DNA of 64,000 nt, taken from NCBI GenBank assembly GCA_902571865.1, contig CACGDO010000005.1, positions 1,486 to 65,485 of the forward strand, read 5' to 3'. The stretch comes from an uncultured Alphaproteobacteria bacterium. GTDB taxonomy: Bacteria; Pseudomonadota; Alphaproteobacteria; HIMB59; GCA-002718135. Of the stretch, positions 10,020 to 24,086 are shown piece after piece. Positions within the stretch are counted from its first letter, which is position 1; each line of letters begins with the position of its first letter. The translations under genes and the position numbers were made by a program. The notes under the pieces are model-generated. The model was not told the DNA's origin and did not search any database. It saw nothing but the letters and a program-made list of their open reading frames with translations.

Positions 10020-13000
10020 GTGAGCTTAGATCATATTAATATAAAAAAGATAAGAAAATCTTTTGGTAAAATCCCTCTTGTAACTTCTTTACCCAATCTT
10101 GTAGAAGTTCAAAAAAGATCTTTTGATAGTTTTCTTCAACTAAAAACTGATCCTGAACAAAGAGAGAATACTGGCCTTCATTCAATTTTTAAATCTGTAT
10201 TTCCAATTCATGATTATACTGAAAGGGCTACAGTAGATTATGTTAGCTATAATCTTGGTGTTCCAAAATATGATGTCGAAGAATGTTCTCAAAGAGGAAT
10301 GACTTATGGAACGCCTCTTTTAGTTAACTTTCGTCTAATAATATGGGACATTGATGAAATTGCTGGGACAAAATCTGTAAGAGATATTAAAGAACAAGAA
10401 GTCTACATGGGTGATATTCCACTTATGACAAAAAACGCAACTTTTGTAATTAATGGTACAGAGAGGGTTGTGGTAAGTCAAATGCATAGATCTCCTGGTG
10501 TATTTTTTGATCATGATTTTGGGAAAACTCACACAAGTGGTAAATATCTATTTAATGCAAGAATTATTCCCTACAGAGGATCTTGGCTAGATTTTGAACA
10601 TGATGCAAAAAACAATATTCACGCAAGAATTGATAGAAAAAGAAAGTTTCCCGTAACAACATTATTTAAATGTTTACTTAGTGAAGTCTCCAACAATTAT
10701 ATTAAAGAATGTGAAAAAAATAAAATAGAGCCTGATCCTAAAAGAATATTAGGAATGACCGGAGAAGAAATATTATCTTTATTCTATGATAATCTTACTT
10801 ACAAAAAAAATGAATTTGGTTGGTCGTTTAAACAGGATCTATCTTTCTTCAAAGGTAAAATTCTAAACTACAATCTACTCGATTCCAAATCAGGGAAAAC
10901 AATTTTGACTAAAGGCACAAAAGTAAATCAAAAAATAATCAACGATTTAAAAAAGAAAAATAGTAATAATTTCTCAATAACTGAAGAATCACTTCTTGGA
11001 TTTTTTTTAGCATCAGATCTTATTGATGAAAAGACAGGTAAAATATTCTTTGAAGCTGGATATGAAATTGATGAAATATTTATTGATTTTATAAATGTAA
11101 ATAAAATTAACAAAATCGATATTTTAAAAGCTGATAATATTGAAATTGGTTCTTACATCAGAAACACCTTACAATTGGATAAAGCAAGATCAAGAGAGGA
11201 AGCTCTATTTGAAGTTTTCAAAATCTTAAGACCTGGTGAGCCGCCCACAATTGAAACAGCTGAAAATTTATTTAATAATCTTTTCTTTAATGCTGATAGG
11301 TACGATTTATCTTCAGTTGGAAGATTAAAAATAAACGCAAAATTTAAAAAAAATACCTCTATTGAACAAAGAGTTTTAGATAAAAGCGATATTATAGATG
11401 TTGTTAAACACATGCATAATTTAATCGATGGCAAAGGTGAAATAGATGATATTGATCACTTGGCTAATAGAAGAGTAAGATCTGTAGGTGAATTGCTAGA
11501 AAATCAATACAGAATTGGTCTTTTAAAAATGGATAGAGCAATCAAAGAGAGATTAAGCTCTTTAGAAGTTGATAATATTATGCCACAGGATATTGTGAAT
11601 GCAAAACCCGTTGTAGCTTCTATAAAGGAATTTTTTGGTCTTAGTCAGCTTAGTCAGTTTATGGATCAGACTAATCCTCTAAGTGAAATTACTCATAAAC
11701 GAAGGGTATCAGCATTGGGTCCAGGTGGTTTAAATAGAGAAAGAGCTGGATTTGAAGTAAGAGATGTTCACCAAACACATTATGGAAGGATCTGCCCAAT
11801 TGAAACTCCAGAAGGTGCTAATATTGGACTTATTAATAGCCTAGCCTCTTACTCAAGAATTAATAAATATGGATTTATTGAAACTCCATATAGAATAGTA
11901 AATTCTGGTAAGGTTTCAGATAAAGTAATATACCTCAGCGCAATCGATGAAGAAGATTTTGTAATAGCTCAAGCTAATTCAGAAGTGGATACTAAAGGCA
12001 AATTTAGTAATCAAATTGTTAGTTGTAGGAAAAATGGTGAATTCATAAATGTAGATATAGACTCAATAGACTTAATGGATGTATCCCCTCAGCAATTAGT
12101 ATCTGTTGCTTCCTCTCTTATTCCATTTCTAGAGAATGATGATGCAAATAGAGCTCTTATGGGTTCCAATATGATGAGACAAGCAGTTCCTCTAATAAAA
12201 CCTAAAGCTCCTTTAGTTGGTACAGGTATGGAGTACACTGTTGCCAATGATAGTGGCTCAACAATAGTTGCAAAAAGGGAAGGTATAGTAGATCAACTTG
12301 ATGCAAATAGAATTGTAATTAGAATAACTGATAAAAATGATAAGTCACTTAACAAAATTGATATTTACAATCTTGCTAAATTTCAGAGATCAAATCAAAA
12401 CACATGTATTACTCAAAGACCTTTAGTAAATGTTGGTGATAAAATTTTAAAAAATCAAGTTATTGCAGATGGTCCAGCAACCGAACTTGGCGAACTCGCA
12501 CTTGGAAGAAATGTTCTTGCTGCATTCATGCCATGGAATGGATATAATTTTGAAGATTCAATTCTAATATCAGAAAAAGTTGTTCAAGATGATGTCTTTA
12601 CATCTATTCATGTTGAAGAGTTTGAAGTTATGTCAAGGGATACAAAGTTAGGACCTGAAGAAATAACTAGAGATATACCTAACGCAAGTGAAGAAATGCT
12701 TATAAATCTTGATGAGACTGGAATTGTTTATGTTGGAGCAGAAGTAAATTCTGGTGACATTTTAGTAGGTAAGGTAACTCCGAAGGGTGAGTCACCGATG
12801 ACACCAGAAGAAAAACTACTTAGAGCAATTTTTGGAGAAAAAGCGGCAGATGTCAAAGATACAAGTTTACGAGTTCCACCAGGAGTAAAAGGAACAATTG
12901 TTGAAATAAGAGTTTTTTCAAGAAGGGGAATAGAAAAAGATGAACGTGCAATTAGTATAGAAAACAATCAAATTGAAGTTATTGCTAGAGACAGAGATGA

Positions 13001-14225
13001 TGAATTAAAAATTCTTGAAAAGAGTTTCGGGAATCATCTAAGAGAACTTCTCAATAATCAAGTATTCATCTCTGGAATTGATGCCCTAACTAAAAATTCA
13101 AATATAAAGTATGAACAAATCGAGAGTCTGTCCTTAAATGATTTATTAAAAATTAATATCTCTGATGAAAAGAGAAGTGATCAAATTGAAGCTTTGGTCA
13201 GTAATTATGAAAATCAATTAGGTAATATTAATCAAAAGTTTGAAAACAAAATAGATAAAATACAAAGTGGTGATGAGTTACTACCTGGGGTTTTAAAGTT
13301 AATAAAAGTCTTTATTTCTGTAAAACGTAAATTACAACCAGGTGATAAGATGGCTGGACGACACGGGAATAAGGGTGTAATTTCCAAAATCTGTCCAGTT
13401 GAAGATATGCCTTATCTGGAAGATGGAACACCAGTTGATATAGTTTTGAATCCGTTAGGAGTTCCAAGTAGAATGAATATAGGCCAAATTTTAGAAACGC
13501 ATCTTGGTTGGGCTTCCGCTTCTTTAGGAAGACAAGTTAATGAAATGTTAAAAAAAATACAGTCTACAGGACAAACTGATGATCTAAGAAAACAGCTTTT
13601 AGAAATATATGATCTAGATAGCCATCAGAAATTGATAAATAATATGAATGATGATGAAATTCTCGAGCTAGGAAATAACCTTAAAGATGGTATTCCATTT
13701 GCAACTCCAGTTTTTGATGGCGCAAAAGAAAAAGATATAACAAACTTACTATCAAAATCTGGTGTTTCTAACACAGGTCAAGAAGTCCTATATGATGGTA
13801 TAACTGGTAAGAAATTTGAGAGACCTGTTACAGTTGGATATATGTATATGCTAAAACTTCATCATTTGGTAGATGAAAAGATTCATGCTAGATCAATTGG
13901 TCCTTACAGCTTAGTTACCCAACAACCTTTAGGAGGAAAAGCACAATTTGGAGGACAAAGATTTGGAGAGATGGAAGTTTGGGCGCTTGAGGCTTATGGT
14001 GCAGCATACACCCTTCAAGAAATCTTGACTATTAAATCTGATGATGTTGCAGGAAGAACTAAAGTTTATGAGTCAATAGTTAAAGGTGATAATAATTTTG
14101 AGTCTGGAACACCTGAGTCATTTAATGTTATGGTAAAAGAACTTAGGTCTCTTGGTTTAAATTTAGATTTTAAAGAAAACTTAAAAGAAAATAACTTAAC
14201 AAACTTGATAGGTACAAATGAATAA
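10020..14225 (+). CDS. rpoB: RNA polymerase beta subunit
   Basis: GTG start after GAAGGAG; [48 protein letters not shown]. Confidence 0.99.
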   Translation: MSLDHINIKKIRKSFGKIPLVTSLPNLVEVQKRSFDSFLQLKTDPEQRENTGLHSIFKSVFPIHDYTERATVDYVSYNLGVPKYDVEECSQRGMTYGTPLLVNFRLIIWDIDEIAGTKSVRDIKEQEVYMGDIPLMTKNATFVINGTERVVVSQMHRSPGVFFDHDFGKTHTSGKYLFNARIIPYRGSWLDFEHDAKNNIHARIDRKRKFPVTTLFKCLLSEVSNNYIKECEKNKIEPDPKRILGMTGEEILSLFYDNLTYKKNEFGWSFKQDLSFFKGKILNYNLLDSKSGKTILTKGTKVNQKIINDLKKKNSNNFSITEESLLGFFLASDLIDEKTGKIFFEAGYEIDEIFIDFINVNKINKIDILKADNIEIGSYIRNTLQLDKARSREEALFEVFKILRPGEPPTIETAENLFNNLFFNADRYDLSSVGRLKINAKFKKNTSIEQRVLDKSDIIDVVKHMHNLIDGKGEIDDIDHLANRRVRSVGELLENQYRIGLLKMDRAIKERLSSLEVDNIMPQDIVNAKPVVASIKEFFGLSQLSQFMDQTNPLSEITHKRRVSALGPGGLNRERAGFEVRDVHQTHYGRICPIETPEGANIGLINSLASYSRINKYGFIETPYRIVNSGKVSDKVIYLSAIDEEDFVIAQANSEVDTKGKFSNQIVSCRKNGEFINVDIDSIDLMDVSPQQLVSVASSLIPFLENDDANRALMGSNMMRQAVPLIKPKAPLVGTGMEYTVANDSGSTIVAKREGIVDQLDANRIVIRITDKNDKSLNKIDIYNLAKFQRSNQNTCITQRPLVNVGDKILKNQVIADGPATELGELALGRNVLAAFMPWNGYNFEDSILISEKVVQDDVFTSIHVEEFEVMSRDTKLGPEEITRDIPNASEEMLINLDETGIVYVGAEVNSGDILVGKVTPKGESPMTPEEKLLRAIFGEKAADVKDTSLRVPPGVKGTIVEIRVFSRRGIEKDERAISIENNQIEVIARDRDDELKILEKSFGNHLRELLNNQVFISGIDALTKNSNIKYEQIESLSLNDLLKINISDEKRSDQIEALVSNYENQLGNINQKFENKIDKIQSGDELLPGVLKLIKVFISVKRKLQPGDKMAGRHGNKGVISKICPVEDMPYLEDGTPVDIVLNPLGVPSRMNIGQILETHLGWASASLGRQVNEMLKKIQSTGQTDDLRKQLLEIYDLDSHQKLINNMNDDEILELGNNLKDGIPFATPVFDGAKEKDITNLLSKSGVSNTGQEVLYDGITGKKFERPVTVGYMYMLKLHHLVDEKIHARSIGPYSLVTQQPLGGKAQFGGQRFGEMEVWALEAYGAAYTLQEILTIKSDDVAGRTKVYESIVKGDNNFESGTPESFNVMVKELRSLGLNLDFKENLKENNLTNLIGTNE

Positions 14226-17200
14226 AGAACTAACAAATATTTTTAATCAAAACTTAGGTGTTCAGAATTTTAATAGTCTTAAAATATCTATTGCTAGTCC
14301 AGATGATATTCGATCTTGGTCTTTTGGTGAAATTAAAAAACCTGAAACTATAAATTATAGAACTTTTAAACCAGAAAAGGACGGCCTTTTTTGTTCTAGA
14401 ATATTTGGTCCAGTTAAAGATTATGAATGTCTTTGTGGTAAATATAAAAGAATGAAATTTAGAGGAATAATTTGTGAAAAATGTGGAGTAGAAGTAACAC
14501 TTTCAAAAGTAAGAAGGGATAGGATGGGCCATATAGAATTAGCGGCACCGGTATCTCATATATGGTTTATGAAATCCTTACCAAGTAGGATTGCTACCTT
14601 ATTAGATATGACAATTAAAAATTTAGAAAAAGTTCTTTATTTTGAGCAATTCATTGTTGTTGAACCTGGCTTAACTGATTTAAAAAAAGGAGACATAATT
14701 ACTGAAGAACAATATATTGAGTATCAAGATGAATATGGTGAAGATTCTTTTAACGCCTCAATAGGAGCAGAAGCAATTGAGCAGATGCTTATTAGTATTG
14801 ATTTGGAAAGTGATTTCAATCAATTAAAAATTGATTTAACAGAAACCAAATCTGAACTGAAGAAAACTAAAATTACAAAAAGACTAAAATTAATTGAGTC
14901 TTTCATTTTATCAAAAAACAAACCTGAATGGATGATCATGAAAGTTCTACCTGTAATTCCACCTGAGTTAAGACCTTTAGTACCACTAGATGGGGGTAGA
15001 TTTGCAACATCCGATTTAAATGACCTTTATAGAAGAGTCATAAATAGAAATAATCGTTTAAAAAGATTAATTGATCTGAGAGCGCCAGACATTATTATCA
15101 GAAATGAAAAAAGAATGCTTCAAGAATCTGTTGATGCGTTATTTGATAATGGCAGAAGAGGAAGGGTAATTACATCAACAAATAAGAGACCACTTAAATC
15201 CCTTTCAGATATGTTAAAAGGAAAACAAGGTAGATTTAGACAAAACCTTCTAGGTAAAAGGGTTGATTACTCTGGTAGATCAGTAATTGTTGTAGGTCCA
15301 AATTTAAAACTCCATCAATGTGGAATACCCAAAAAGATGGCACTCGAGCTATTTAAGCCATTCATATTTCATAAACTCGATGTATATGGTTGGGCAAACA
15401 CAATAAAGGCAGCAAAAAAACTTGTCGAAAAAGAAGACTCAAGAGTTTGGGACATTTTAGAGGAGGTAATAAGAGAACACCCAGTTCTTCTGAATAGAGC
15501 TCCCACTCTTCATAGGCTAGGTATTCAGGCTTTTGAACCTATTTTAATAGAAGGAAAATCAATACAACTCCATCCTTTAGTTTGTACAGCTTTTAATGCT
15601 GATTTTGATGGTGATCAAATGGCTGTTCATGTTCCTCTTAGTCTGGAAGCTCAGCTTGAAGCAAGAGTACTGATGATGAGTACAAATAACATTCTACATC
15701 CAGCAAGTGGCAAACCAATTATTGTTCCTTCTCAAGATATTATTTTAGGTATTTATTATTTGTCAATAATGAGAGAAAAACAAATTGGAGAAGGTCGAAG
15801 TTTTGTAGATTTGAATGAAATATTAAAAGCATTAGAAAATAACGATATAAGTCTTCATACAAAAATTAATGCCAGAGTTAAAAATAGTGATGGCGATATT
15901 TTAAAAGTAATAACCACTCCAGGAAGAATGATTTTAGGAAACATTTTACCAGACAATAAAAACATTAATTATGAGATGATAAACAAAATATTAACTAAAA
16001 AAGAAGTTAGTAATATTATCGACACTGTTTATAGATTTTGTGGACAAAAAGAGACTGTTTTATTTGCAGATCATATTATGCAAATAGGGTTTAAGTATGC
16101 AGCAATTGCAGGTATTTCTTTTGGAAAAGATGATTTAATTATACCATCTGATAAAGATAATCTTCTAAACGCAACTCAAGAAAAAGTTCAAGAGTATGAA
16201 AATCAATACCAAGATGGATTAATTACTCAAGGTGAGAAGTACAACAAAGTAGTGGACGCATGGTCTGAATGCACAAATAAAGTTGCTGATAAAATGCTTG
16301 ATGTTATATCTTCACCTTCAGATGAACAACCAATAAATTCTGTATATATGATGGCCCACTCTGGAGCAAGGGGGTCAGCTGCACAATTAAAACAACTTTC
16401 TGGAATGAGAGGTTTGATGGCTAAACCTTCTGGAGAGATCATTGAGAACCCAATTAAATCAAATTTTAAAGAAGGTTTATCAGTTCTTGAATACTTTACC
16501 TCTACCCATGGAGCGCGTAAAGGTCTAGCTGATACTGCATTAAAAACTGCAAGTAGTGGTTATTTAACCCGTAGATTAGTTGATGTTGCTCAAGATGCTG
16601 TTATTAGAGAATTAGACTGCAATACATCTAATGGTGTTATTGTTGAAGAAATAGTTGAGTCTGGAAATATTACATCATCGCTTACTGAAAGAGTATTAGG
16701 TAGAACTCCTGTCAGTGAAATAATTGATGAAAATAACAACGTTATTGTTAATGCTGGTGAAATAATTTCTGAAAAACATTTGGATCCAATTACAAAACTA
16801 GGTATCAGATCATTAAAAATTAGATCAGTTTTAACTTGTGAAACTGAGGATGGTATCTGCTCAATATGTTATGGTAGAGATCTTGCTAGAGGAACTCCAG
16901 TTAACCTTGGAGAAGCGGTAGGTATAATAGCAGCACAATCAATTGGTGAACCTGGAACACAATTAACAATGAGAACATTTCATATAGGTGGTGCAGCCAG
17001 TTCATCTGTTGAACAGTCAAATGCAACTGCTCCAGTATCAGGTATTGTGCAACTAGAAAATATTAATATCATTGAAGATAAGTTTGGTAACAAAATAGTA
17101 TTAAGCAGAAATGGAAAAATAAAAATACTAGATAAAAGTACAGAAAAATATTCTTCTAACATACCATTTGGATCTAAACTTCTTGTAAATAATGGTGATA

Positions 17201-18336
17201 AGGTTGAAAATAATTTTATACTTGCAGAGTGGGACCCATATACTTTACCAATAATTGCTGAAAAGAATGGATTTGTTAAATACGTGGATTTAAAACAAGG
17301 TTCATCCTTTAGAGAGTCGATTGATGACACAACAGGTATATCAAGTAAAATAGTAATTGACTGGAGCCAAAATCAAAAGAGCAAAAATTTCAAACCTGCT
17401 ATTAATATAACTGAAAATTTATCTAGCGATAATGTTGAGTCAGAAAACTTTTTAAACTATCCTATGTCTATTGATTCAATTTTAAGTGTTGAAGATGGTC
17501 AAGAAGTAACCGCTGGTCAAGTAATAGCTAGAATTCCAAAGGAATCATCTAAAACTAAAGATATAACAGGAGGTCTTCCAAGGGTCGCAGAACTTTTCGA
17601 AGCAAGAAAACCAAAAGATCCTGCAATAATGTGTGAAATTGATGGAAAAATTTCATTTGGCAAAGATTATAAAAATAAACGAAGAGTGATTATTACATCT
17701 TTAGATGAGAAAGATACATTTGAAATCTTAATCCCAAGATCAAAATACTTGAATGTTCAAGAAGATGACTTTGTTAAAAAAGGAGATATACTTGTTGAAG
17801 GAACTCCTGTACCTCATGATATTCTTAGAATTTTGGGAGTAGAAGAATTAGCGAGATACCTTGTAAGAGAAGTTCAATCAGTTTACAAACTCCAAGGCGT
17901 ATATATAAATGATAAACATATTGAGACTATCGCAAGACAGATGCTTCAAAAGGTTCTAATTAAAGAACCAGGCGACTCTAATCTTATTGTGGGAGAGCAA
18001 ATTCAAAGAAGAGACCTAGTAAAACTTAATAAAATATTAAAAAATGAAGGAAAAAAAGAAGTTTCTTCTGAGCCAGTATTACTTGGCATAACAAAAGCAA
18101 GTTTACAAACTAGCTCATTTATTTCAGCGGCTTCTTTTCAAGAAACTACAAAAGTATTAACTGATGCAGCTACACTTGGAAAGGTGGATACCTTAAATGG
18201 ACTGAAAGAGAATGTAATTGTTGGAAGACTCATTCCAGCAGGCACTGGTAAATTGACTTCAGATTATGAGAATATAGCTTATGAAAAAGACAAGGAAATA
18301 ATTGAAAAAAATCAGCCTGAAAATATAGAAAATTAG
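14218..18336 (+). CDS. rpoC: RNA polymerase beta' subunit
   Basis: [12 protein letters not shown] catalytic motif, CLCGKYK..CEKC zinc finger. Confidence 0.99.
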   Translation: MNKELTNIFNQNLGVQNFNSLKISIASPDDIRSWSFGEIKKPETINYRTFKPEKDGLFCSRIFGPVKDYECLCGKYKRMKFRGIICEKCGVEVTLSKVRRDRMGHIELAAPVSHIWFMKSLPSRIATLLDMTIKNLEKVLYFEQFIVVEPGLTDLKKGDIITEEQYIEYQDEYGEDSFNASIGAEAIEQMLISIDLESDFNQLKIDLTETKSELKKTKITKRLKLIESFILSKNKPEWMIMKVLPVIPPELRPLVPLDGGRFATSDLNDLYRRVINRNNRLKRLIDLRAPDIIIRNEKRMLQESVDALFDNGRRGRVITSTNKRPLKSLSDMLKGKQGRFRQNLLGKRVDYSGRSVIVVGPNLKLHQCGIPKKMALELFKPFIFHKLDVYGWANTIKAAKKLVEKEDSRVWDILEEVIREHPVLLNRAPTLHRLGIQAFEPILIEGKSIQLHPLVCTAFNADFDGDQMAVHVPLSLEAQLEARVLMMSTNNILHPASGKPIIVPSQDIILGIYYLSIMREKQIGEGRSFVDLNEILKALENNDISLHTKINARVKNSDGDILKVITTPGRMILGNILPDNKNINYEMINKILTKKEVSNIIDTVYRFCGQKETVLFADHIMQIGFKYAAIAGISFGKDDLIIPSDKDNLLNATQEKVQEYENQYQDGLITQGEKYNKVVDAWSECTNKVADKMLDVISSPSDEQPINSVYMMAHSGARGSAAQLKQLSGMRGLMAKPSGEIIENPIKSNFKEGLSVLEYFTSTHGARKGLADTALKTASSGYLTRRLVDVAQDAVIRELDCNTSNGVIVEEIVESGNITSSLTERVLGRTPVSEIIDENNNVIVNAGEIISEKHLDPITKLGIRSLKIRSVLTCETEDGICSICYGRDLARGTPVNLGEAVGIIAAQSIGEPGTQLTMRTFHIGGAASSSVEQSNATAPVSGIVQLENINIIEDKFGNKIVLSRNGKIKILDKSTEKYSSNIPFGSKLLVNNGDKVENNFILAEWDPYTLPIIAEKNGFVKYVDLKQGSSFRESIDDTTGISSKIVIDWSQNQKSKNFKPAINITENLSSDNVESENFLNYPMSIDSILSVEDGQEVTAGQVIARIPKESSKTKDITGGLPRVAELFEARKPKDPAIMCEIDGKISFGKDYKNKRRVIITSLDEKDTFEILIPRSKYLNVQEDDFVKKGDILVEGTPVPHDILRILGVEELARYLVREVQSVYKLQGVYINDKHIETIARQMLQKVLIKEPGDSNLIVGEQIQRRDLVKLNKILKNEGKKEVSSEPVLLGITKASLQTSSFISAASFQETTKVLTDAATLGKVDTLNGLKENVIVGRLIPAGTGKLTSDYENIAYEKDKEIIEKNQPENIEN

Positions 18337-18356
18337 TAATTTTTTAGCATATCTTC

Positions 18357-18385
18357 TTGACTTTAATGCAATCAATTTATAAAGA
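18357..18385 (+). promoter_or_regulatory. Probable promoter of rpsL operon
   Basis: TTGACT-N17-TAAAGA in the 108-nt rpoC-rpsL gap. Confidence 0.45.
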
Positions 18386-18444
18386 CCCCTACGATTTGTT
18401 AAAGGTCGTGGATTTAATTCCAAACACTTAACTAGAGGATAACA

Positions 18445-18816
18445 ATGCCAACAATAAACCAACTTGTTAGAAAAGGTAGATCTGCTGTAAAAAAAAGGAA
18501 TAAGGTTCCTGCTTTAGATAAAAGCCCTCAAAAACGTGGAGTATGTACGAGAGTATATACAACAACTCCAAAAAAACCAAACTCCGCTTTAAGAAAAGTT
18601 GCTAGAGTTAAACTTACAAATGGACAGGAAGTTTCAGCCTATATCCCAGGAGAGGGTCACAACCTACAAGAACACTCTGTAGTACTTATCAGGGGTGGTC
18701 GTGTTAAAGATTTACCAGGTGTAAGATATCATATCTTAAGAGGAACACTTGACACTCAAGGTGTTTCAACAAGAAAGCAAAGAAGATCCCTTTATGGAGC
18801 TAAGCGCCCTAAATAG
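18445..18816 (+). CDS. rpsL: 30S ribosomal protein S12
   Basis: [20 protein letters not shown]. Confidence 0.99.
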   Translation: MPTINQLVRKGRSAVKKRNKVPALDKSPQKRGVCTRVYTTTPKKPNSALRKVARVKLTNGQEVSAYIPGEGHNLQEHSVVLIRGGRVKDLPGVRYHILRGTLDTQGVSTRKQRRSLYGAKRPK

Positions 18817-18818
18817 TT

Positions 18819-19289
18819 ATGTCTAGAAGAAGAGCAGCAGAAAAAAGAACTATACTACCAGATCATAAATATAAAGATTTAGTTTTGGCTAAGTTCATGA
18901 ATAGAATCATGATGAATGGAATGAAATCAACATCAGAAAAAATTGTATACGGAGCTTTTGATATTGTTTCAAAAAAAACTGACAAAACACCAATTGAATT
19001 TTTTCACGAAGCATTAAACAATGTTAAGCCTACATTAGAAGTTAGATCTAGAAGAGTAGGAGGAGCAACTTACCAAGTTCCTATGGAAGTAAGGCCTAAA
19101 AGAGCACAAACCCTTGCAATGAAATGGATTGTGGACTCTGCAACAAAAAGAAATGAAAAAACAATGAGGGAAAGAGTTGCAAATGAAATTATAGATGCAT
19201 TTAATAACAAAGGAAACGCAGTAAAGAAACGAGAAGAGACTCACAAAATGGCTGATGCTAATAGAGCTTTCTCTCATTTTAGGTGGTAA
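18819..19289 (+). CDS. rpsG: 30S ribosomal protein S7
   Basis: [21 protein letters not shown]. Confidence 0.99.
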   Translation: MSRRRAAEKRTILPDHKYKDLVLAKFMNRIMMNGMKSTSEKIVYGAFDIVSKKTDKTPIEFFHEALNNVKPTLEVRSRRVGGATYQVPMEVRPKRAQTLAMKWIVDSATKRNEKTMRERVANEIIDAFNNKGNAVKKREETHKMADANRAFSHFRW

Positions 19290-19294
19290 GATAT

Positions 19295-21373
19295 ATGTCA
19301 AGATCGCATTCATTAAATCAATATAGAAACATTGGAATAATGGCTCATATAGATGCTGGCAAAACAACCACTACAGAAAGAATATTATATTACACTGGTA
19401 AATCACATAAGATTGGAGAAGTTCATGATGGCGCTGCAACTATGGATTGGATGGAGCAAGAGCAAGAAAGAGGTATCACTATTACATCAGCAGCAACAAC
19501 ATGTTTTTGGAAAGACCATCGTATAAATATTATTGATACCCCTGGTCATGTAGACTTTACAATTGAAGTAGAAAGATCATTGAAGGTTTTAGACGGTGCG
19601 GTTGCTGTTTTTGACGGTGTTGCAGGTGTTGAGCCTCAATCTGAAACTGTATGGAGACAAGCAGACAAATATAAAGTCCCCCGAATGTGTTTCGTTAATA
19701 AACTTGATAGAACTGGAGCAAACTTTTTTATGTGCGTAGATATGATTTCTGAGCGTTTAGGTTCGTATCCGCTTGTCACCCAATTACCAATAGGCATTGA
19801 GAGCAATTTAAAGGGTGTTGTTGATTTAGTTGCTTACAAAGCAATAGTTTGGCAGGACGAAAGTCTAGGAGCTAAATTTGACATTGTAGATATACCTGAA
19901 GATTTAAAGGAACAGTCTGATGAATACAGATTAAAATTAATTGAGAAAGCTGTAGAAGAGGATGACTCAATTATGGAAAAATATCTTGATGGTAATGAAC
20001 CAACTTTAGAAGAATTGAAATTATGTATTAGAAAAGGGACTATTAAAGGATCGTTTGTTCCTGTTTTAACAGGATCAGCTTTTAAGAATAAGGGTGTTCA
20101 ACCACTTTTAGATGCTGTTATCGATTATATGCCATCACCTACTGACGTATCAAGTGTAAGGGGAGTAGATGTTAACGATGATACTATAGAATTAACTAGA
20201 AAATGTGAAGACAATGAACCATTTAGCGCTTTAGCATTTAAAATAATGACAGACCCTTTCGTTGGAAGCTTAACTTTTGCTAGAATCTACTCTGGCTCAA
20301 TAAATACTAAAGACTCAGTTCTTAACTCTAATTCTGGTAAAAAAGAAAATATCGGTAGAATGCTATTAATGCACGCTAATAATAGAGAAGAAATAAAAAC
20401 AGCTAATGCTGGAGATATTGTTGCTTTAGTGGGATTAAAAGATGTTACTACTGGAGAAACTTTATGTGCATCTGATAAACCTATAGTCCTAGAAAAAATG
20501 GATTTTCCTGATCCAGTCATTGAAGTTGCAGTTGAACCTAAAACTAAAGTAGACCATGAAAAAATGGGCCAGGCTTTGGGAAGACTAGCCCAAGAAGATC
20601 CTAGTTTTAGAGTTACAACAGACCATGAAAGTGGTCAAACAATAATCAAAGGTATGGGAGAACTTCATCTAGAAATTCTTGTAGATAGAATGAAGAGAGA
20701 ATTTAAAGTAGAAGCAAACGTTGGTGCGCCACAAGTTGCATATAGAGAAACAATTTCTAAGTCATTTGATGTTGATTATACCCATAAGAAACAATCAGGT
20801 GGTGCTGGGCAATTTGCAAGAGTAAAAATAAAATTTCAGCCCGGCGATGCTGGCAGTGGTTATCAATTTATTAATCAAATTAAGGGTGGTAATATTCCTA
20901 CGGAGCATATCCCAGGCGTTGAGAAAGGGTTAATTGCTCAACAACAAACAGGGGTTATAGCTGGTTTTCCATGTATTGATTTTAAAGCAACCTTATATGA
21001 TGGAGCATATCATGATGTTGACTCAAGTGTTCTAGCTTTTGAAATTGCTGCTCGTGCAGCTTTTAGGGAAGGTATTGCTAAGGCAAGTCCAGTATTACTC
21101 GAGCCAATGATGAAAGTAGAAGTTGTTACTCCTGAAGAATATATGGGCGATGTGATTGGTGATTTAAATAGTAGACGTGGACAAGTTCAAGAAATGTCAA
21201 CAAGAGGGAATGCAAATGTAGTTGATGCAATGGTGCCACTTGCAAACATGTTTGGTTATGTAAATAATTTAAGATCTTTATCACAAGGAAGAGCCAACTA
21301 TACAATGCAATTTGATCACTATGAAGAGGTACCATCTAATGTTGCTGAAGAAGTAAAGGCTAAATTAGCATAA
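19295..21373 (+). CDS. fusA: Elongation factor G
   Basis: [23 protein letters not shown]; ATG at 19295 just after the rpsG stop. Confidence 0.99.
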   Translation: MSRSHSLNQYRNIGIMAHIDAGKTTTTERILYYTGKSHKIGEVHDGAATMDWMEQEQERGITITSAATTCFWKDHRINIIDTPGHVDFTIEVERSLKVLDGAVAVFDGVAGVEPQSETVWRQADKYKVPRMCFVNKLDRTGANFFMCVDMISERLGSYPLVTQLPIGIESNLKGVVDLVAYKAIVWQDESLGAKFDIVDIPEDLKEQSDEYRLKLIEKAVEEDDSIMEKYLDGNEPTLEELKLCIRKGTIKGSFVPVLTGSAFKNKGVQPLLDAVIDYMPSPTDVSSVRGVDVNDDTIELTRKCEDNEPFSALAFKIMTDPFVGSLTFARIYSGSINTKDSVLNSNSGKKENIGRMLLMHANNREEIKTANAGDIVALVGLKDVTTGETLCASDKPIVLEKMDFPDPVIEVAVEPKTKVDHEKMGQALGRLAQEDPSFRVTTDHESGQTIIKGMGELHLEILVDRMKREFKVEANVGAPQVAYRETISKSFDVDYTHKKQSGGAGQFARVKIKFQPGDAGSGYQFINQIKGGNIPTEHIPGVEKGLIAQQQTGVIAGFPCIDFKATLYDGAYHDVDSSVLAFEIAARAAFREGIAKASPVLLEPMMKVEVVTPEEYMGDVIGDLNSRRGQVQEMSTRGNANVVDAMVPLANMFGYVNNLRSLSQGRANYTMQFDHYEEVPSNVAEEVKAKLA

Positions 21374-21681
21374 TGGACAATCAAAATATAAGAATTAGAT
21401 TAAGAGGATATGATAACTCCCTTTTGGATACTAGTACTCAAGATATAATAAATACAGCTAAGAGAACAGGAGCTAAAGTAAAAGGTCCAATTCCTTTACC
21501 AACAAGATTTGAGAGATTTACCGTAAATAAATCGCCTCATATCGATAAAAAAAGTAGAGATCAGTTAGAAATAAGGACACATAATCGTCTTTTAGACATA
21601 ATTGATCCAACACCACAGACAGTTGATGCATTAATGAAATTAGACTTATCTGCTGGTGTAGAAGTGGATATTAAAATTTAA
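21373..21681 (+). CDS. rpsJ: 30S ribosomal protein S10
   Basis: [25 protein letters not shown]; TAATG overlap with fusA. Confidence 0.98.
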   Translation: MDNQNIRIRLRGYDNSLLDTSTQDIINTAKRTGAKVKGPIPLPTRFERFTVNKSPHIDKKSRDQLEIRTHNRLLDIIDPTPQTVDALMKLDLSAGVEVDIKI

Positions 21682-21682
21682 C

Positions 21683-22327
21683 ATGTTACGGTCTGGTTTA
21701 ATAGCAACTAAATTGGGAAACAGTTCGTTTTTTCACAATAATGGTTCTAATATTCATGTAACTGTTTTGAAAGTAAATGATTGTATTGTCTCTAACATTA
21801 AAACTTTAGAAAAAAATGGATATAATGCAGTACAACTTGCATCCATAGATACTGGAAAAGATATAAAACATGTTAAAAAGCCTCAAAGAAAAATATTTTC
21901 TTCGATTAAAATAAATCCTAAAAAAATTATTAAAGAGTTTAAAGTTGATAATAATAATTTATTGGAAATTGGAACTACACTTAATGCAGATCATTTTAAA
22001 GTTGATCAATTTATTGATGCTAGTAGTTTTTCAATTGGTAAAGGTTTTGCTGGTGTAATGAAAAGGCACAACTTTGGTGGACTTAGAGCATCACATGGAG
22101 TTTCAATCTCACATCGTTCTCATGGCTCAACTGGACAAAATCAAGATCCTGGAAGAGTTTTTAAAGGAAAAAAAATGGCAGGAAGAATGGGAAATACAAA
22201 GGTAACTAAACAAAACTTAAAAATTATCGAAATAGATAAAGTTAATAATCTAATAATAGTAAAAGGTTCAGTGCCTGGTAAAAAAAACTCAATTATTTAT
22301 TTGAAAGATTCAGTTAAAAGGTCCTAA
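21683..22327 (+). CDS. rplC: 50S ribosomal protein L3
   Basis: GKGFAGVMKRHNF, SHGVSISHRSHGSTGQ. Confidence 0.98.
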   Translation: MLRSGLIATKLGNSSFFHNNGSNIHVTVLKVNDCIVSNIKTLEKNGYNAVQLASIDTGKDIKHVKKPQRKIFSSIKINPKKIIKEFKVDNNNLLEIGTTLNADHFKVDQFIDASSFSIGKGFAGVMKRHNFGGLRASHGVSISHRSHGSTGQNQDPGRVFKGKKMAGRMGNTKVTKQNLKIIEIDKVNNLIIVKGSVPGKKNSIIYLKDSVKRS

Positions 22328-22951
22328 ATGAAGAGAAAAGTTTTAAACCTTAAAAATAAATCAGTTGGAGATATTGATCTTGATTCAAATATATTTGGTT
22401 TTAGGAAACTTCCTGATTTAATTCACCAATATATAAGATTTCAAAATGCTAAATCAAGACAAGGTTCACATAAAACAAAGACAAGGTCAGAAGTAAGTGG
22501 TAGAAGTAAAAAACCTTTCTCCCAAAAAGGTACAGGTAATGCTAGACAAGGTAGTAATAAACCACCTAATTTTAGAGGTGGTGCAGTATCAATGGGTCCT
22601 GTGAATAGAGATCACTCATTTAATTTAAATAAAAAAGAAAAGAAACTTGCACTAGTGTCAGCTCTGTCTGTAAAAAACTCTCAAGATAAGTTAATAATTA
22701 TTGATAGTTTTGAAATTCAAAGTTTTAAAACTAAGGATCTTTATTCTGACTTAAAACTTTTTGAATATGAAACAGCTCTTTTTATATATTCAGAACAAGG
22801 TTTAAATAAAAACTTTAAGCTTGCTTCTTCAAATATACCAAAAATATCAACTCTAAATCAAAAGGGTATAAATGTAAAAGATCTAATAAGTTATGATAAA
22901 ATATTTATAGAACAAAAATCTATTAATGAAATAGTTAAGAGGCTCTCATGA
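22328..22951 (+). CDS. rplD: 50S ribosomal protein L4
   Basis: QKGTGNARQG, FRGGAV. Confidence 0.97.
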   Translation: MKRKVLNLKNKSVGDIDLDSNIFGFRKLPDLIHQYIRFQNAKSRQGSHKTKTRSEVSGRSKKPFSQKGTGNARQGSNKPPNFRGGAVSMGPVNRDHSFNLNKKEKKLALVSALSVKNSQDKLIIIDSFEIQSFKTKDLYSDLKLFEYETALFIYSEQGLNKNFKLASSNIPKISTLNQKGINVKDLISYDKIFIEQKSINEIVKRLS

Positions 22952-23265
22952 AAAAAAACAAACTTAATATTTCTTTAGAAAGAGCTTATGATATTGTAAA
23001 AAAACCAATTACAACAGAAAAATCTACAAATTTACAACAATTCAACCAGTATTCATTTGTTGTATCCAAGGATTCAAACTCATTTGAAATTAAAAAAGCT
23101 ATTGAAGTAATTTTTAAAGTAAAAGTTAATAAAATTAATACCTCAATACTTAGAGGTAAAGGTAAAACATTTAAAGGTCAATACGGTTTTAGGAAAGATA
23201 CTAAAAGAGCTATAGTTACATTAGAAGAAGGCAACACTATTGATTCATCATTGGAGATTAAATAA
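22948..23265 (+). CDS. rplW: 50S ribosomal protein L23
   Basis: PITTEKS, KRAIVTL; synteny. Confidence 0.95.
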   Translation: MKKNKLNISLERAYDIVKKPITTEKSTNLQQFNQYSFVVSKDSNSFEIKKAIEVIFKVKVNKINTSILRGKGKTFKGQYGFRKDTKRAIVTLEEGNTIDSSLEIK

Positions 23266-24086
23266 TGTTAATAAAGTTTAAACCAACAACTCCAGGTTTA
23301 AGGGGAACAGTTTTAGTTTCAAAAAAAGAACTTTCAAAAGAAAAACCTTACAAATCACTTACAACAAAACTAAATTCTACAGGAGGAAGAAATAACCAGG
23401 GCAGAATCACTTCAAGGAGAATGGGAGGTGGTGTAAAAAGAAAATTTAGAATCATAGATTTTAAAAGATCTAAAACTGATGTTTCAGCTGAGATTATAAG
23501 AAATGAATATGATCCAAATAGATCAGCTTTTATATCACTTGTTAAGTATGAAGATGGTGAGCATAGCTATATCATTTCACCAAAAAATATTAAAATAGGT
23601 GAAAAAATTATCTCTGGCGAAAATGTTGCGATCAAGAATGGTAATTGTCTTCCTATAAATAATATTCCGGTGGGAACTAATATTCATAATATTGAACTAA
23701 AACCTGGAGCAGGCGCTCAATTAATAAGATCAGCTGGATCTTCTGCACAAATAGTCTCTAAAGAACAACCATATGTTCAAATTAAGTTAATTTCTGGAGA
23801 AATTAGACATATCAACAAATATTGTAGAGCTACAATCGGTGAAGTATCTAACTCTGATCAAAAAAATATTAAGCTAGGTAAAGCTGGCAGAAAAAGATAT
23901 TTAGGTTTCAGACCAAAAGTAAGAGGTGTTGTCATGAATCCAGTAGATCATCCTCATGGTGGTGGAGAAGGTAGAACTTCTGGAGGTAGAGATCCTGTAA
24001 CTCCATGGGGAGTTTCTACCAAAGGAAAAAAAACAAGGAATAACAAAAAAACTAACGTATTTATCTTAAAGAGGAAGAAAAAATAA
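23265..24086 (+). CDS. rplB: 50S ribosomal protein L2
   Basis: [25 protein letters not shown]. Confidence 0.99.
   Translation: MLIKFKPTTPGLRGTVLVSKKELSKEKPYKSLTTKLNSTGGRNNQGRITSRRMGGGVKRKFRIIDFKRSKTDVSAEIIRNEYDPNRSAFISLVKYEDGEHSYIISPKNIKIGEKIISGENVAIKNGNCLPINNIPVGTNIHNIELKPGAGAQLIRSAGSSAQIVSKEQPYVQIKLISGEIRHINKYCRATIGEVSNSDQKNIKLGKAGRKRYLGFRPKVRGVVMNPVDHPHGGGEGRTSGGRDPVTPWGVSTKGKKTRNNKKTNVFILKRKKK

Noticed and set aside
11640-18720. Rifampicin or streptomycin resistance alleles in rpoB and rpsL
   Set aside because: The RRDR ([23 protein letters not shown]) and S12 (PKKPNS, RVKDLPG) match sensitive wild-type motifs.
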